Source: Gemmatimonadales bacterium (GTDB lineage Bacteria; Gemmatimonadota; Gemmatimonadetes; Gemmatimonadales; GWC2-71-9). From it: a stretch of 64,000 bases of DNA. Shown piece after piece: positions 18,194 through 26,690 of the stretch. Location: assembly GCA_050733215.1 (NCBI GenBank), contig JBOHSN010000006.1, forward strand, positions 4,708 to 68,707. The letters are read 5' to 3'. Within the stretch, counting starts at the first letter, position 1; each line of letters starts with the position of its first letter. The notes beneath the pieces are model-generated. The model saw nothing but the letters and a program-made list of their open reading frames with translations. It had not been told where the DNA came from and searched no databases. The translations under genes and the position numbers were made by a program.

Positions 18194-19072
18194 TCAATTT
18201 ACCCACTCGACCCGGACCGCACCGACGCTGCACTTGAGCGCGATGTCGAGGTGCGGCTCGGCGGGGTCGAAGTCACGCGTGATCCACGAGCCGCCGCGCT
18301 GGACCAGCCCCTCCGAATCGAAGCTGGACAGGAACTTGTCCATCGTGATCCGCACGGGGGCCCGCTTCGGGAGCCGGAGGCGAAGTTCGCCCATCGACAG
18401 CGTGAGCTCGACCGTCTGGGTCGCGGTCCACACGCCGCCGAAATCAAGCGTGAGCTTCCCGACGCCGCCCTCGACCTTCACCTTCTCGCAGCGGCTGTTG
18501 CCCAATCGGTAGATCGCGAGGTCCGCCGCGCCTGCGGCGAAGATGGCGGAGTGGCAGCGGGTCCGGTTGGGGGCGGAGAAGCGGACGCTGGCCCGGCTCG
18601 CGCCGGTCTCGAGGCGCACGCTCGCGATGCGGAGCCCGCCGAGGTCCAGGTCGGCCTCGCCGGCGCCGAGGTTGAGGTCGAGCGCGAGATCGGCCCTGGG
18701 TGAGAGCTCCACGACGGCCTTCTGCCGGAGCTGATTCTTGGAAACCACGCGGAGCCCCGCGCGTCCGGCCGACTCCACGCCGAGCCGCACCGTGGCAGCG
18801 GGCGCCGCATAGTGGCTCAGCGGGACGAAGCGGTCGGCATCGTAGGAGAGGTGCATCCGGTAGAGCTCGCCGTCCCGGCCAGGCACCACCTTGAGCAGCC
18901 CCGCGGCGAACTCGAGCTGGGCATCGAGCTTGGTTTCACCGTGGAGCTGCCGGAACGTGGAATACGGGCGCCAGCTCTGCGCCGACGCCGCGCCCGTCCA
19001 GCCGAGCAGCGCGCCCGCCGCGGCAACGCCGGTCGCCCATACTCGCACTCGCACTCGCACTCGCACCGGCAC
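18194..19072 (-). CDS. Secreted beta-rich protein, DUF4097/toastrack-like (putative adhesin fold)
   Basis: Signal-like WATGVAAAGALLGWTGAASAQS, then repeated LxLxxGxGxxxLDLGG strands. The start is ambiguous: five in-frame GTGs (19072-19048) lie inside a hexamer repeat. Confidence 0.45.
   Translation of the reverse strand: MPVRVRVRVRVWATGVAAAGALLGWTGAASAQSWRPYSTFRQLHGETKLDAQLEFAAGLLKVVPGRDGELYRMHLSYDADRFVPLSHYAAPAATVRLGVESAGRAGLRVVSKNQLRQKAVVELSPRADLALDLNLGAGEADLDLGGLRIASVRLETGASRASVRFSAPNRTRCHSAIFAAGAADLAIYRLGNSRCEKVKVEGGVGKLTLDFGGVWTATQTVELTLSMGELRLRLPKRAPVRITMDKFLSSFDSEGLVQRGGSWITRDFDPAEPHLDIALKCSVGAVRVEWVN
19041..19064. repeat. Hexamer tandem repeat ACTCGC x4 (minus strand GTGCGA x4, encoding VRVRVRVR)
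   Basis: Direct reading. It is the reverse complement of the array at 3684..3707 and lies at the 5' end of the CDS 18194..19072. Confidence 0.8.
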
Positions 19073-19077
19073 CAGCT

Positions 19078-20331
19078 CTACTGCCGCGGCTCGGGCGAAC
19101 GACCGCCGGGCCGGCGCACAGCCGGAACGCCGACCTGCGGAGTGGCCCAGAGGTACTCGTCCGTGAGCGCCTCCGGCGGGATGAGCCGTCCGGCGAAGCC
19201 TTCGCGGAGTCCCGCCCGGCTGAGGAGCGCCGCGCCGAATCCGGCCGTGGCGAGCAGCCACGTGACGAGGACCGCCGCTCCGCGGACCAACTGTCCCGCC
19301 ACCGGCACCCACCCGAAGAGCGCCCAGGCGAACCACAGCGCGAACAGTCCGGCGAGCCCGACGCCGAGGTAGCGGTAGCTGTTGGGCGAGCCGAGCATCG
19401 CGCCCCTCGCGAGGCGCCGGCGGGTCCACGTTTCTCCAATGGCGTGCGCGACGGCGAGGTAGCCGCCCACCACGCCGAGCAGCACCAGCAGCGCGTAGAC
19501 CGTGACGGCGAACGGCAGGAGCAGGATGCCGGCGACGCTGAGGATCAGGCCCACCACCAGCATGCCGAACGTGGGCAGGACGAGAATCTGGCCGATGAGC
19601 CCCGTGACGAACGCCCGGCCGAACGAATGCGTGACCGTGTCGGAAACGATCTCGAGGTTGGGCCGTGCGAAGAGCACGAGCCCGAACCCGAGCGCGAGCG
19701 CGGTGACGAATACGCCGAACACCCCTGCCAGACCGAGCCCCACGCGTACCACGGGCGAAAGCGGGGTGTCCCAGGCTGCGCCAGCGGGTGGGGGCGGGGG
19801 GGCGGTGAGCTCGCTGGCCTCGCCGCCGATCTCGCCGCCGCGCGACGAGACCTCGCCGTTGAGCGCGAGGATGTCACCCTGCACCACGCCGCCCGGATGC
19901 ACGACGACGTCGCCATTCAGCGTGACCAGGTTGCCGAGCAGCCGTCCGTGCACGTTGGCGTCGCCCTGGAGCACCAGAAGGTGGCCGGTGATCGTCTGGT
20001 CGGAGCCGATGGTGAAGTCGCCGAGGCGGGCCTGGCCGTTCGGAACCGTGACCCGGGTATCGGGCCCGGGCCGGGGGGCCGCACGCCGGACCGCACGCTC
20101 GACGCGCTCTGGCTGGCTCAGGTCGGAGAGATCGACGGAGGGGCCGGCGGGATCCGCGGCCTGGATGGCCTGCGGACGTGGCTTCGGTTCCTGCCCGATC
20201 TGCTGGATGTAGCCGCGGACCGCTTCGACGATCTCGTCGGCCATTCCCCCGCCACCCGCGGCGTGAACCGGCGGGGCAATGACGGCGGCGAGTGCGAGCG
20301 CGATGGCGGCGGAGCGGTTACCAGTTCGCAT
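19078..20331 (-). CDS. Membrane protein with a periplasmic bactofilin-like (polymer-forming cytoskeletal) repeat domain and a polytopic C-terminal half
   Basis: Signal peptide AIALALAAVIAPPVHAA, beta-helix-like repeats (GHLLVLQGDANVHGRLLGNLVTLNGDVVVHPGGVVQGDILALNGEV), then about 6 TM segments. Confidence 0.55.
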   Translation of the reverse strand: MRTGNRSAAIALALAAVIAPPVHAAGGGGMADEIVEAVRGYIQQIGQEPKPRPQAIQAADPAGPSVDLSDLSQPERVERAVRRAAPRPGPDTRVTVPNGQARLGDFTIGSDQTITGHLLVLQGDANVHGRLLGNLVTLNGDVVVHPGGVVQGDILALNGEVSSRGGEIGGEASELTAPPPPPAGAAWDTPLSPVVRVGLGLAGVFGVFVTALALGFGLVLFARPNLEIVSDTVTHSFGRAFVTGLIGQILVLPTFGMLVVGLILSVAGILLLPFAVTVYALLVLLGVVGGYLAVAHAIGETWTRRRLARGAMLGSPNSYRYLGVGLAGLFALWFAWALFGWVPVAGQLVRGAAVLVTWLLATAGFGAALLSRAGLREGFAGRLIPPEALTDEYLWATPQVGVPAVRRPGGRSPEPRQ

Positions 20332-20848
20332 GGGCCACCCGCTGCGGCGGCGCCGGCACCGTGAGGAGCCGGCGGAGGGCCAGCACTCCCGTCACGTACA
20401 CCAGCGTGCCAAAGGCCGAGGCGAGGGCAAGGCGGCCAGGGGCGTCGAGCAGCCCGCGGAATCCGGCGAACCACGGCTGCTCCATCAGGGTGAGCGCCGT
20501 CCCGCGCAGCCCGACCCATGCCCATTGTACGGCCTCGGTGGCCAGCCAGCCGCCGAACGTGAGCATAGTGTCGCGGTTGGCGAGCGTCCACGCCACGCTG
20601 GCCGCCATGGAGCCGACCACGAGCAGGGCAAGCGACGCGGCGATGGCCACCGACTTGGGGGTGGCGAACAGACGGCGACGCGCGGAGCGGATCGAGCGGA
20701 TGGCGAAGGGGTCGGGCACCCGGACCGAGGCCATCACCCGGTCGCTGAAATCGGCGCGCGGCGCCAACAACGGCAGCGCCGCGAGCCGCTCGTCGAGCCA
20801 GCGATCGAGCTCGTCGGAAGGCAGAGGCGAGTCGGACGAACCGGTCAT
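20318..20848 (-). CDS. Putative membrane anti-sigma factor
   Basis: Immediately downstream of the ECF sigma gene. 176 aa with a cytoplasmic N-terminus and several TM segments. No zf-HC2 motif seen. Confidence 0.45.
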   Translation of the reverse strand: MTGSSDSPLPSDELDRWLDERLAALPLLAPRADFSDRVMASVRVPDPFAIRSIRSARRRLFATPKSVAIAASLALLVVGSMAASVAWTLANRDTMLTFGGWLATEAVQWAWVGLRGTALTLMEQPWFAGFRGLLDAPGRLALASAFGTLVYVTGVLALRRLLTVPAPPQRVAHANW

Positions 20849-20885
20849 AAGTGAGCCCCTTTACGATGGCGGTGATGGGAAGGTT

Positions 20886-21485
20886 TCATGGCCGGAGGTG
20901 CGCCAGCTCACGCCGCAACTCGTTGCGTGCGCGGTGGATGTAGGTCTTGACGGTGCCGAGCGGAAGGCCCAGGATCTCAGCGATCTCCTCGTACGCACGA
21001 CCCTCGACGTGGCGGAGCAGAATGCAGGAGCGATACTCCGAGCGCAGCCTCGCGATCGCCGCCTCGATCTCGCCGCCCAACTCGCGCGCTTCCACTTCGT
21101 CGAGCGGGGACGCCTGGCGGTCGCCGATCTGGAGCGCCGTCGCCTCGATCGCCTCGGGTGTCTCCGCGTGCGGAGATCCCTCGAGCGAGAGCGTATCCAG
21201 CTCCCGCCGGCGGAGATGATCGATCGCGGCGTTGTTCGCGATCTTGAAGATCCAGGACGAGAATTTGTACTCCGGCCGGTACGAGTCGATCGCGTTCAGC
21301 GCCTTGACGAAGGTCTCCTGGGCCAGATCCTCGGCGAGCTCGCGGTCGCGCACCATCCGATAGAGCAGCGAGAAGAGCGGGCGCTCGTAGCGGCGGACGA
21401 GCTCCCGATACGCCACTTCCTCGCCGCCTCGCGCAAGGGCGACGATCTCCTGATCGGTCCGCGCGGCCAGCTCGGGCCTACGCAC
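20886..21485 (-). CDS. ECF-type RNA polymerase sigma-70 factor
   Basis: Region 2 (LAEDLAQETFVKAL...FSSWIFKIANN) and region 4 (YRSCILLRHVEGRAYEEIAEILGLPLGTVKTYIHRAR). Confidence 0.9.
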   Translation of the reverse strand: MRRPELAARTDQEIVALARGGEEVAYRELVRRYERPLFSLLYRMVRDRELAEDLAQETFVKALNAIDSYRPEYKFSSWIFKIANNAAIDHLRRRELDTLSLEGSPHAETPEAIEATALQIGDRQASPLDEVEARELGGEIEAAIARLRSEYRSCILLRHVEGRAYEEIAEILGLPLGTVKTYIHRARNELRRELAHLRP

Positions 21486-21538
21486 TGCGGCTCCCCGCGC
21501 TTGCGGAGCGGTCCGAGCGGGCGGTACATTGAGCGCCT

Positions 21539-22270
21539 ATGTTAGCCTCGGATCAGAAGTTACCTGTTTCCGGAGGGGCGGCGAAGCGCGCCTACGTCCG
21601 GGCGATGTTCGCGGCGATCGCCCCGACGTACGATCGGTTGAATCGGATTCTCAGTCTCCGGCTCGACCTCCGCTGGCGCAGACAGGCGGTCGCGCAGCTT
21701 GGCTGGGAGCGCGCGCCGGAGGGAATCTACCTCGACCTCTGCGCGGGAACGCTGGACTTCGCGGCGGCGCTGGCCGGCCGGCCCGGCTTCCGTGGGCGTG
21801 TCGTCGGCGCCGACTTCGTGCGCCCCATGCTGGAGCTAGGCCGGGCCAAGACGCCACGGCTCGAGCCGGTGACGGCCGATGCGCTGGAACTTCCGTTCGA
21901 GAGCGCAGTCTTTGACGGGGCGATGATCGGCTGGGGGCTGCGTAACCTCGCGGATCTGGATGCCGGGCTCGTCGAGCTGGCCCGGGTGATGAAGCCGGGC
22001 GCCCGGCTCGTCGTCCTCGACATGGCCACGCCGCCGAGGCAGCCGCTGCGTGGGTTGTATCTCCTCTATTTCGAGCGCGTGCTGCCGCTGGTCGGCCGGC
22101 TGATCTCCAAACATGCGAGCGCCTACGAGTGGCTTCCAGAGTCCACCCGGGTGTTCCCGGCGCCGCCCGATCTCGCGCGCCGGATCGAGGCGGCAGGGTT
22201 CGAGGATGTGCGCTACATGCTCCTCATGGGCGGGGTCACGGCGATGCACGTCGGCGTTCGATCGCGTTGA
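21539..22270 (+). CDS. ubiE: Demethylmenaquinone/ubiquinone C-methyltransferase (UbiE/MenG)
   Basis: VRAMFAAIAPTYDRLNRILSL (UbiE N-terminal signature) and the SAM motif LDLCAGT. Confidence 0.85.
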   Translation: MLASDQKLPVSGGAAKRAYVRAMFAAIAPTYDRLNRILSLRLDLRWRRQAVAQLGWERAPEGIYLDLCAGTLDFAAALAGRPGFRGRVVGADFVRPMLELGRAKTPRLEPVTADALELPFESAVFDGAMIGWGLRNLADLDAGLVELARVMKPGARLVVLDMATPPRQPLRGLYLLYFERVLPLVGRLISKHASAYEWLPESTRVFPAPPDLARRIEAAGFEDVRYMLLMGGVTAMHVGVRSR

Positions 22271-22280
22271 ACGTTCGTTG

Positions 22281-22406
22281 AACCACAGAGGACACAGAAA
22301 ACACCGAGAACCGGATTATCCGGCGGTCTCGGGCCGAGATACACGACCCTGAACGCGAGACCACAAACAAGATCGGTTCTCTGTGTTCTCTGTGTCCTCT
22401 GTGGTT
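22281..22406. repeat. 126-nt hairpin element: 33-nt arms (31/33 complementary) built from CACAGAGG-type octamers, with an inner inverted repeat GGTCTCG...CGAGACC
   Basis: Left arm aaccacagaggacacagaaaacaccgagaaccg (22281-22313). Right arm cggttctctgtgttctctgtgtcctctgtggtt (22374-22406). Confidence 0.9.
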
Positions 22407-22438
22407 GATGCAGTTCCTACGCCGGTAGCGGAGCCCAA

Positions 22439-23935
22439 ATGGCGATTGACAGCCTGAGCGAGTTCATCCGCGAGATCGAGAAGATCGGCGAGCTGGTACG
22501 GGTGACGCACCCGGCGAAGGCTCGCCTGGAGATTGCGGAGATTGCCGACCGGTGCATGAAGAGCGCCGGCGGCGGGCCGGCGCTCTTCTTCGAGCACGTG
22601 CTCCTCGACGATGGGCGGCGGAGCGCGTACCCTGTCGCCATCAACCTCTACGGCTCGATGCGGCGCATGTGTCTGGCGCTGGGGGTGAACGCGCTGGATG
22701 AGATCGGCGGGCGCATCAGCGAGCTGCTCGAGCTCAAGGTGCCGGAAGGACTCTTCGGCAAGCTCTCGATGCTCCCGCGTCTGGCCGAAGTCGCCAGGTT
22801 TCCGCCGCGGACCCGGAGCGGCAAGCCGCCGTGCCAGCACACGGTCACGCGGGGGGACAACGTGGATCTCTCCGTTATTCCGTTTCTCACGACCTGGCCC
22901 AAGGACGGCGGACCCTATATCACGCTGCCGATGGTGATCACAACCGATCCTGTGCGCGGCATCCGGAACGTCGGGATGTACCGCGTCCAGGTGCTCGGCC
23001 GGAATACGCTCGCGATGCACTGGCAACGCCACAAGGTGGGCGCGGCGCACTGGCGCGAGATGGCGGCGCGCGGCGAGAAGATGCCGGTGCTCATCGCGCT
23101 CGGCGGTGACCCCGCGAGCATCTACTCCGCCTCGGCGCCGCTCCCACCGACCATCGACGAGTTCATCTTCGCGGGCTTTCTCCGGCGCTCGCCGGTGGAG
23201 CTGGCGAAGGCGGTCACCTGCGACCTGGACGTGCCGGCCGAGGCGGACATCGTCCTCGAGGGATACATCGAGCCGGCCGAGCCGCTCGCGCTCGAGGGGC
23301 CGTTCGGCGACCACACGGGGTTCTACTCGCTCGCGGACTACTACCCCACGGTGCACGTCACGGCCGTCACGATGCGGCGGGATCCGGTGTACCCGGCCAC
23401 GCTGGTGGGCCGCCCGCCGATGGAGGACTACTACCTCGGTCACGCCACCGAGCGGATCTTTCTGCCGCTGCTCCGGCTCACCCTGCCCGAGATCGTTGAT
23501 TACCATATGCCCGCGCCCGGCATCTTCCACAATCTGGTGTTCGTCAGCATCGACAAGCAGTATCCCGGGCAGGCGTGGAAGGTGATGAACGCGCTGTGGG
23601 GCCAGGGGCTGATGTCGCTGGCCAAGGTGATCGTCGTCGTGGACAAGCAGGTGAACGTGCGCGATGCCGACGAGGCGTGGTGGGTGGCGCTCAACAACAT
23701 CGACCCCGAGCGCGATGTCCGCTTTACCATGGGCCCGATGGACGTGCTCGACCACTCGAGCCGGGCCTTCACCTATGGCAGCAAGATGGGGATCGACGCG
23801 ACGCGAAAGTGGAAGGAGGAGGGGTTCGACCGGGAGTGGCCGGAGGTGATCGCGATGGACGAGGCGACCAAGCGGCGCGTAGACGAGATCTGGCCACAGC
23901 TTGGGATCCGGTTGGAGGTGAGAGGTGAGAGGTGA
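22439..23935 (+). CDS. ubiD: UbiD-family (prenyl-FMN-dependent) decarboxylase
   Basis: 498 aa, colinear with UbiD/MqnL-type decarboxylases (...GGPYITLPMVITTDP..., ...FGDHTGFYS...). A ubiX gene is nearby. Confidence 0.9.
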   Translation: MAIDSLSEFIREIEKIGELVRVTHPAKARLEIAEIADRCMKSAGGGPALFFEHVLLDDGRRSAYPVAINLYGSMRRMCLALGVNALDEIGGRISELLELKVPEGLFGKLSMLPRLAEVARFPPRTRSGKPPCQHTVTRGDNVDLSVIPFLTTWPKDGGPYITLPMVITTDPVRGIRNVGMYRVQVLGRNTLAMHWQRHKVGAAHWREMAARGEKMPVLIALGGDPASIYSASAPLPPTIDEFIFAGFLRRSPVELAKAVTCDLDVPAEADIVLEGYIEPAEPLALEGPFGDHTGFYSLADYYPTVHVTAVTMRRDPVYPATLVGRPPMEDYYLGHATERIFLPLLRLTLPEIVDYHMPAPGIFHNLVFVSIDKQYPGQAWKVMNALWGQGLMSLAKVIVVVDKQVNVRDADEAWWVALNNIDPERDVRFTMGPMDVLDHSSRAFTYGSKMGIDATRKWKEEGFDREWPEVIAMDEATKRRVDEIWPQLGIRLEVRGER

Positions 23936-24014
23936 GAGGGAGTACCGAGGCGAGCTCACGAGCCCGACGCCTGCGCCGGAGCCCCCGCTCACGTCTCACC
24001 GCTCACGTCTCACC
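23917..24014. repeat. Inverted heptamer arrays: GGTGAGA x3 (23917-23937) and GCTCACG/TCTCACC x4 (23987-24014)
   Basis: Direct reading. The ubiD stop (TGA 23933) and the only in-frame start of ubiA (GTG 23925) both lie in the left arm. Confidence 0.95.
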
Positions 24015-24902
24015 GCCCGCGAAGGCCAGACGTTTGCCGGCGAGTCCCTCCTCGTCCGCTACGCCAACTTCGTCAAGCTGCCCCATACCCTCTTCGCCCT
24101 GCCGTTCGCGCTGCTCGGCCTGGTGGCGGCCTCGATGGAGGTGCCCGTAACGTGGCGCACCGTGCTCCTGGTGGTTCTCGCGTTCTCGGCGGCGCGCTGG
24201 GTGGCCATGGGCTTCAACCGGATCGCCGACCGGGAGTACGACGCGCGGAACCCGCGCACCCGGAATCGCGAGCTCCCGCGCGGCGCGCTCTCCCTGCCGC
24301 AGGCGTGGGCATCGATCATCCTGGCGGCGGCGCTGTTCGTGCTCGCGGCCGCGCTGCTCAACCGGCTCTGTCTGGCGCTGAGCCCGCTGGCGCTCGCCTG
24401 GGTGATGACCTACAGCTTCGCGAAGCGATTCACCTGGTGGCCGCATCTCTGGTTGGGCCTGAGCCTGGCCATCGCGCCGGTGGGCGGGTGGCTGGCCGTG
24501 ACCGGCGCCTGGAGCGAGCCGTGGTGGCTGCTGGCACCGATCACGGTGGCGGTGGCCACGTGGGTGGCCGGCTTCGACATCTTCTACGCCCTGCCCGACG
24601 AGGCGTTCGACCGGAGCGAGGGACTCCGGAGCGCCGTGGTGCGGCTCGGCGAGAGGCGCGGCATCCTCCTGGCGAAGGTGCTGCACGGGATCACGATCCC
24701 GGCTCTGGGGCTGTTCGGCTGGGCCGCCGGGTTCGGCCGGCTGTACTTCGCCGGCCTCCTCGTCGCGGCGGGCATTCTGATCTACGAGCACCGCCTGGTC
24801 CGGCCTGGTAACCTGACGCGCCTCGATGCGGCGTTCTTCACCATGAACGGTGTGATGAGCGTGACGGTCTTTCTGTTCGCGCTGGGGGATCGGCTGCTGT
24901 GA
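23925..24902 (+). CDS. ubiA: UbiA-family aromatic prenyltransferase (4-hydroxybenzoate polyprenyltransferase-like)
   Basis: Multi-TM protein with NRIADREYDARNPRTRNR (the NxxxDxxxD region). The first about 33 codons are repeat-derived. There is no other ATG/GTG/TTG before the conserved N-terminus (VRYANFVKLPHT). Confidence 0.8.
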   Translation: MRGEREYRGELTSPTPAPEPPLTSHRSRLTAREGQTFAGESLLVRYANFVKLPHTLFALPFALLGLVAASMEVPVTWRTVLLVVLAFSAARWVAMGFNRIADREYDARNPRTRNRELPRGALSLPQAWASIILAAALFVLAAALLNRLCLALSPLALAWVMTYSFAKRFTWWPHLWLGLSLAIAPVGGWLAVTGAWSEPWWLLAPITVAVATWVAGFDIFYALPDEAFDRSEGLRSAVVRLGERRGILLAKVLHGITIPALGLFGWAAGFGRLYFAGLLVAAGILIYEHRLVRPGNLTRLDAAFFTMNGVMSVTVFLFALGDRLL

Positions 24903-25068
24903 GGGAAGAGCGGGCGGCACCGGCCGGAAGCCGACGCCGGGGAACGCGGCCCGCGCGGCCGGCGCGCGATGGTCGGCCGCTTCCGCCCGCTCCCACCCGG
25001 CCCCGACCGCTGCCGCCGGTCCCGACCAAGCATCCGCACCGCTCGCCCACACCGAATCGGAGAGGCCG

Positions 25069-25653
25069 ATGAGCCGGCTCCCGATCGTGCTGGCTATCAC
25101 CGGGGCATCGGGGGCACCGTATGGGGTTCGACTTCTTGACGTGCTTGCCCGGAACAGTGTGCCGGTGTGGCTGATCGTGACCAGCCACGGCGGGCGACTC
25201 CTCAAGGCCGAGTGCGACATCGGCTCCATCGACGACCTCCGCGCCGCGACCGGCGGCGACTGGGCCAGCGTGCGCCAGTTTCCTGACGGCGATCGCGGCG
25301 CGCTCCCGGCGTCAGGCTCGCAACGCACCGCCGGCATGGTCGTATGCCCGTGCTCCATGGGCACCGTCGCGGCCATTGCCGGCGGCACGAGCCGCTCGCT
25401 GGTGGAGCGCGCTGCGGACGTGACGCTCAAGGAGCGCCGCCGACTCGTCCTGGTCCCGCGGGAGACGCCCTTCTCGCTCGTGCATCTCCGGAACCTGGTA
25501 GCCGCCACGGAGGCAGGGGCGGTGGTGCTGCCCGCGGCGCCGGGCTTCTACCATCGCCCCACCGCGGTGGGACAACTGGTGGACTTCGTGGTGCAGCGCG
25601 TGTTCGACCTGTTGGAGCTCGACCTCACGATCGCTCCACGGTGGGAGGGATGA
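25069..25653 (+). CDS. ubiX: Flavin prenyltransferase UbiX
   Basis: IVLAITGASGAPYGVRLL..., CPCSMGTVAAIA and RETPFS motifs. Confidence 0.9.
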   Translation: MSRLPIVLAITGASGAPYGVRLLDVLARNSVPVWLIVTSHGGRLLKAECDIGSIDDLRAATGGDWASVRQFPDGDRGALPASGSQRTAGMVVCPCSMGTVAAIAGGTSRSLVERAADVTLKERRRLVLVPRETPFSLVHLRNLVAATEAGAVVLPAAPGFYHRPTAVGQLVDFVVQRVFDLLELDLTIAPRWEG

Positions 25654-26126
25654 GGCTCGGCATCATCGCGGACACGCACGGATTGCTGCGCCCCGCGGTG
25701 TTCGACGTCTTCGCCGGGGTCGATCACATCCTGCACGGCGGCGACCTCGGCCCGCTCGAGCTGCTCGCCGAGCTCGAGGCGATCGCGCCGGTGACGGTCG
25801 TGTACGGCAACGCCGACGGGCTCGACGTCCGGGCCCGCCTGCCGCAGGTCGCTCGGATTCAGCTCGACGGATTCCGCATCGTCGTGACGCACGGCGACCA
25901 ATTCGGCTCCCCCACGCCCGACAAGCTGAACGCCGCGTTCCCCGACGCGGAGATCCTCGTCTTCGGCCACACCCACCGGCCGCTCCTGACCATCGTGGAT
26001 CAGGTGGTGACCGTCATGAATCCCGGTGGTGCCGGGCACCGGCGCTTTGATCTGCCGCCCTCCGTGGGGATCATGGAGCTGGAGCCCGGCATCCCGCCGC
26101 GGGCCCGGCTGGTGCCGCTGGAGTGA
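25650..26126 (+). CDS. YfcE/MJ0936-type metallophosphoesterase
   Basis: MRLGIIADTHG, GDL, GNAD, THGD and GHTH motifs. The ATG overlaps the ubiX stop (ATGA). Confidence 0.8.
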   Translation: MRLGIIADTHGLLRPAVFDVFAGVDHILHGGDLGPLELLAELEAIAPVTVVYGNADGLDVRARLPQVARIQLDGFRIVVTHGDQFGSPTPDKLNAAFPDAEILVFGHTHRPLLTIVDQVVTVMNPGGAGHRRFDLPPSVGIMELEPGIPPRARLVPLE

Positions 26127-26190
26127 GCGAACTTGAGCCTCACTTGACGCGCCTCGGCGACCCTTCGCGATCATCGATTCGGAGGGCTGC

Positions 26191-26667
26191 ATGCCCGCTT
26201 CACGCACCCTTGCGACATTTCTTGTGCTTATGACGACGCTCGCCGCGGCCAATGCGGCCGCGCAACAGGTCGAGTCAGGGGCGCGGGTCCGCGGTCGCGC
26301 TGCCGCCGGGCCGTTCGATGGCCGGGTGGCATGGGCCAGCACCGACTCGCTGGCCGTCACCCAGCAGGGCGACACACGCGCGTATTCCAGGGCCGACATT
26401 CGACGGCTGGATGTCGCAACCGGCTCCAGGCGCAACCTGCTCAAAGGAACCGCGATTGGCGCCGGCGTGGGTGCGGCGGCCGGTATCGCCATCATCATCG
26501 CCGCGGATGACGATCAGGACTCCGAGCTGGAAGGTCTCGAAGTCGCTGTCGCCGGCGCCATGTTCCTCGGCAGCACCGCGCTTGGCGGGATCGTGGGCGC
26601 GCTCATCAAGAGCCCCCGCTGGACCAGAGTGCACCCCACCGGCCTCGGCGTGAGCATCAGCTTCTGA
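26191..26667 (+). CDS. Hypothetical secreted/membrane protein with glycine-zipper segments
   Basis: Signal peptide TLATFLVLMTTLAAANAAAQQ. The C-terminal part has GAGVGAAAGIAI-type segments. Confidence 0.45.
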   Translation: MPASRTLATFLVLMTTLAAANAAAQQVESGARVRGRAAAGPFDGRVAWASTDSLAVTQQGDTRAYSRADIRRLDVATGSRRNLLKGTAIGAGVGAAAGIAIIIAADDDQDSELEGLEVAVAGAMFLGSTALGGIVGALIKSPRWTRVHPTGLGVSISF

Positions 26668-26690
26668 CGGCCGCCATTGTCGCGCTCGCG

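Noticed and set aside
21486-21600. An autoregulated ECF promoter (GGAAC-N16-17-CGTC) for the sigma gene at 20886..21485
   Set aside because: Only a weak GGAAAC (complement of 21561-21566) with no convincing -10 element. It also lies inside the divergent ubiE coding region.
24903-25010. GGGAAGAGCGGGCGG ... CCGCTTCCGCCCGCTCCC as another repeat module between ubiA and ubiX
   Set aside because: Only about 10 nt of complementarity, with no clear tandem periodicity. It is too weak to call.
21539-25653. The ubiE-ubiD-ubiA-ubiX cluster as a novel system
   Set aside because: It is a standard quinone-biosynthesis set (methyltransferase, prenyl-FMN decarboxylase and its flavin prenyltransferase, aromatic prenyltransferase). 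Only the embedded repeats are unusual.
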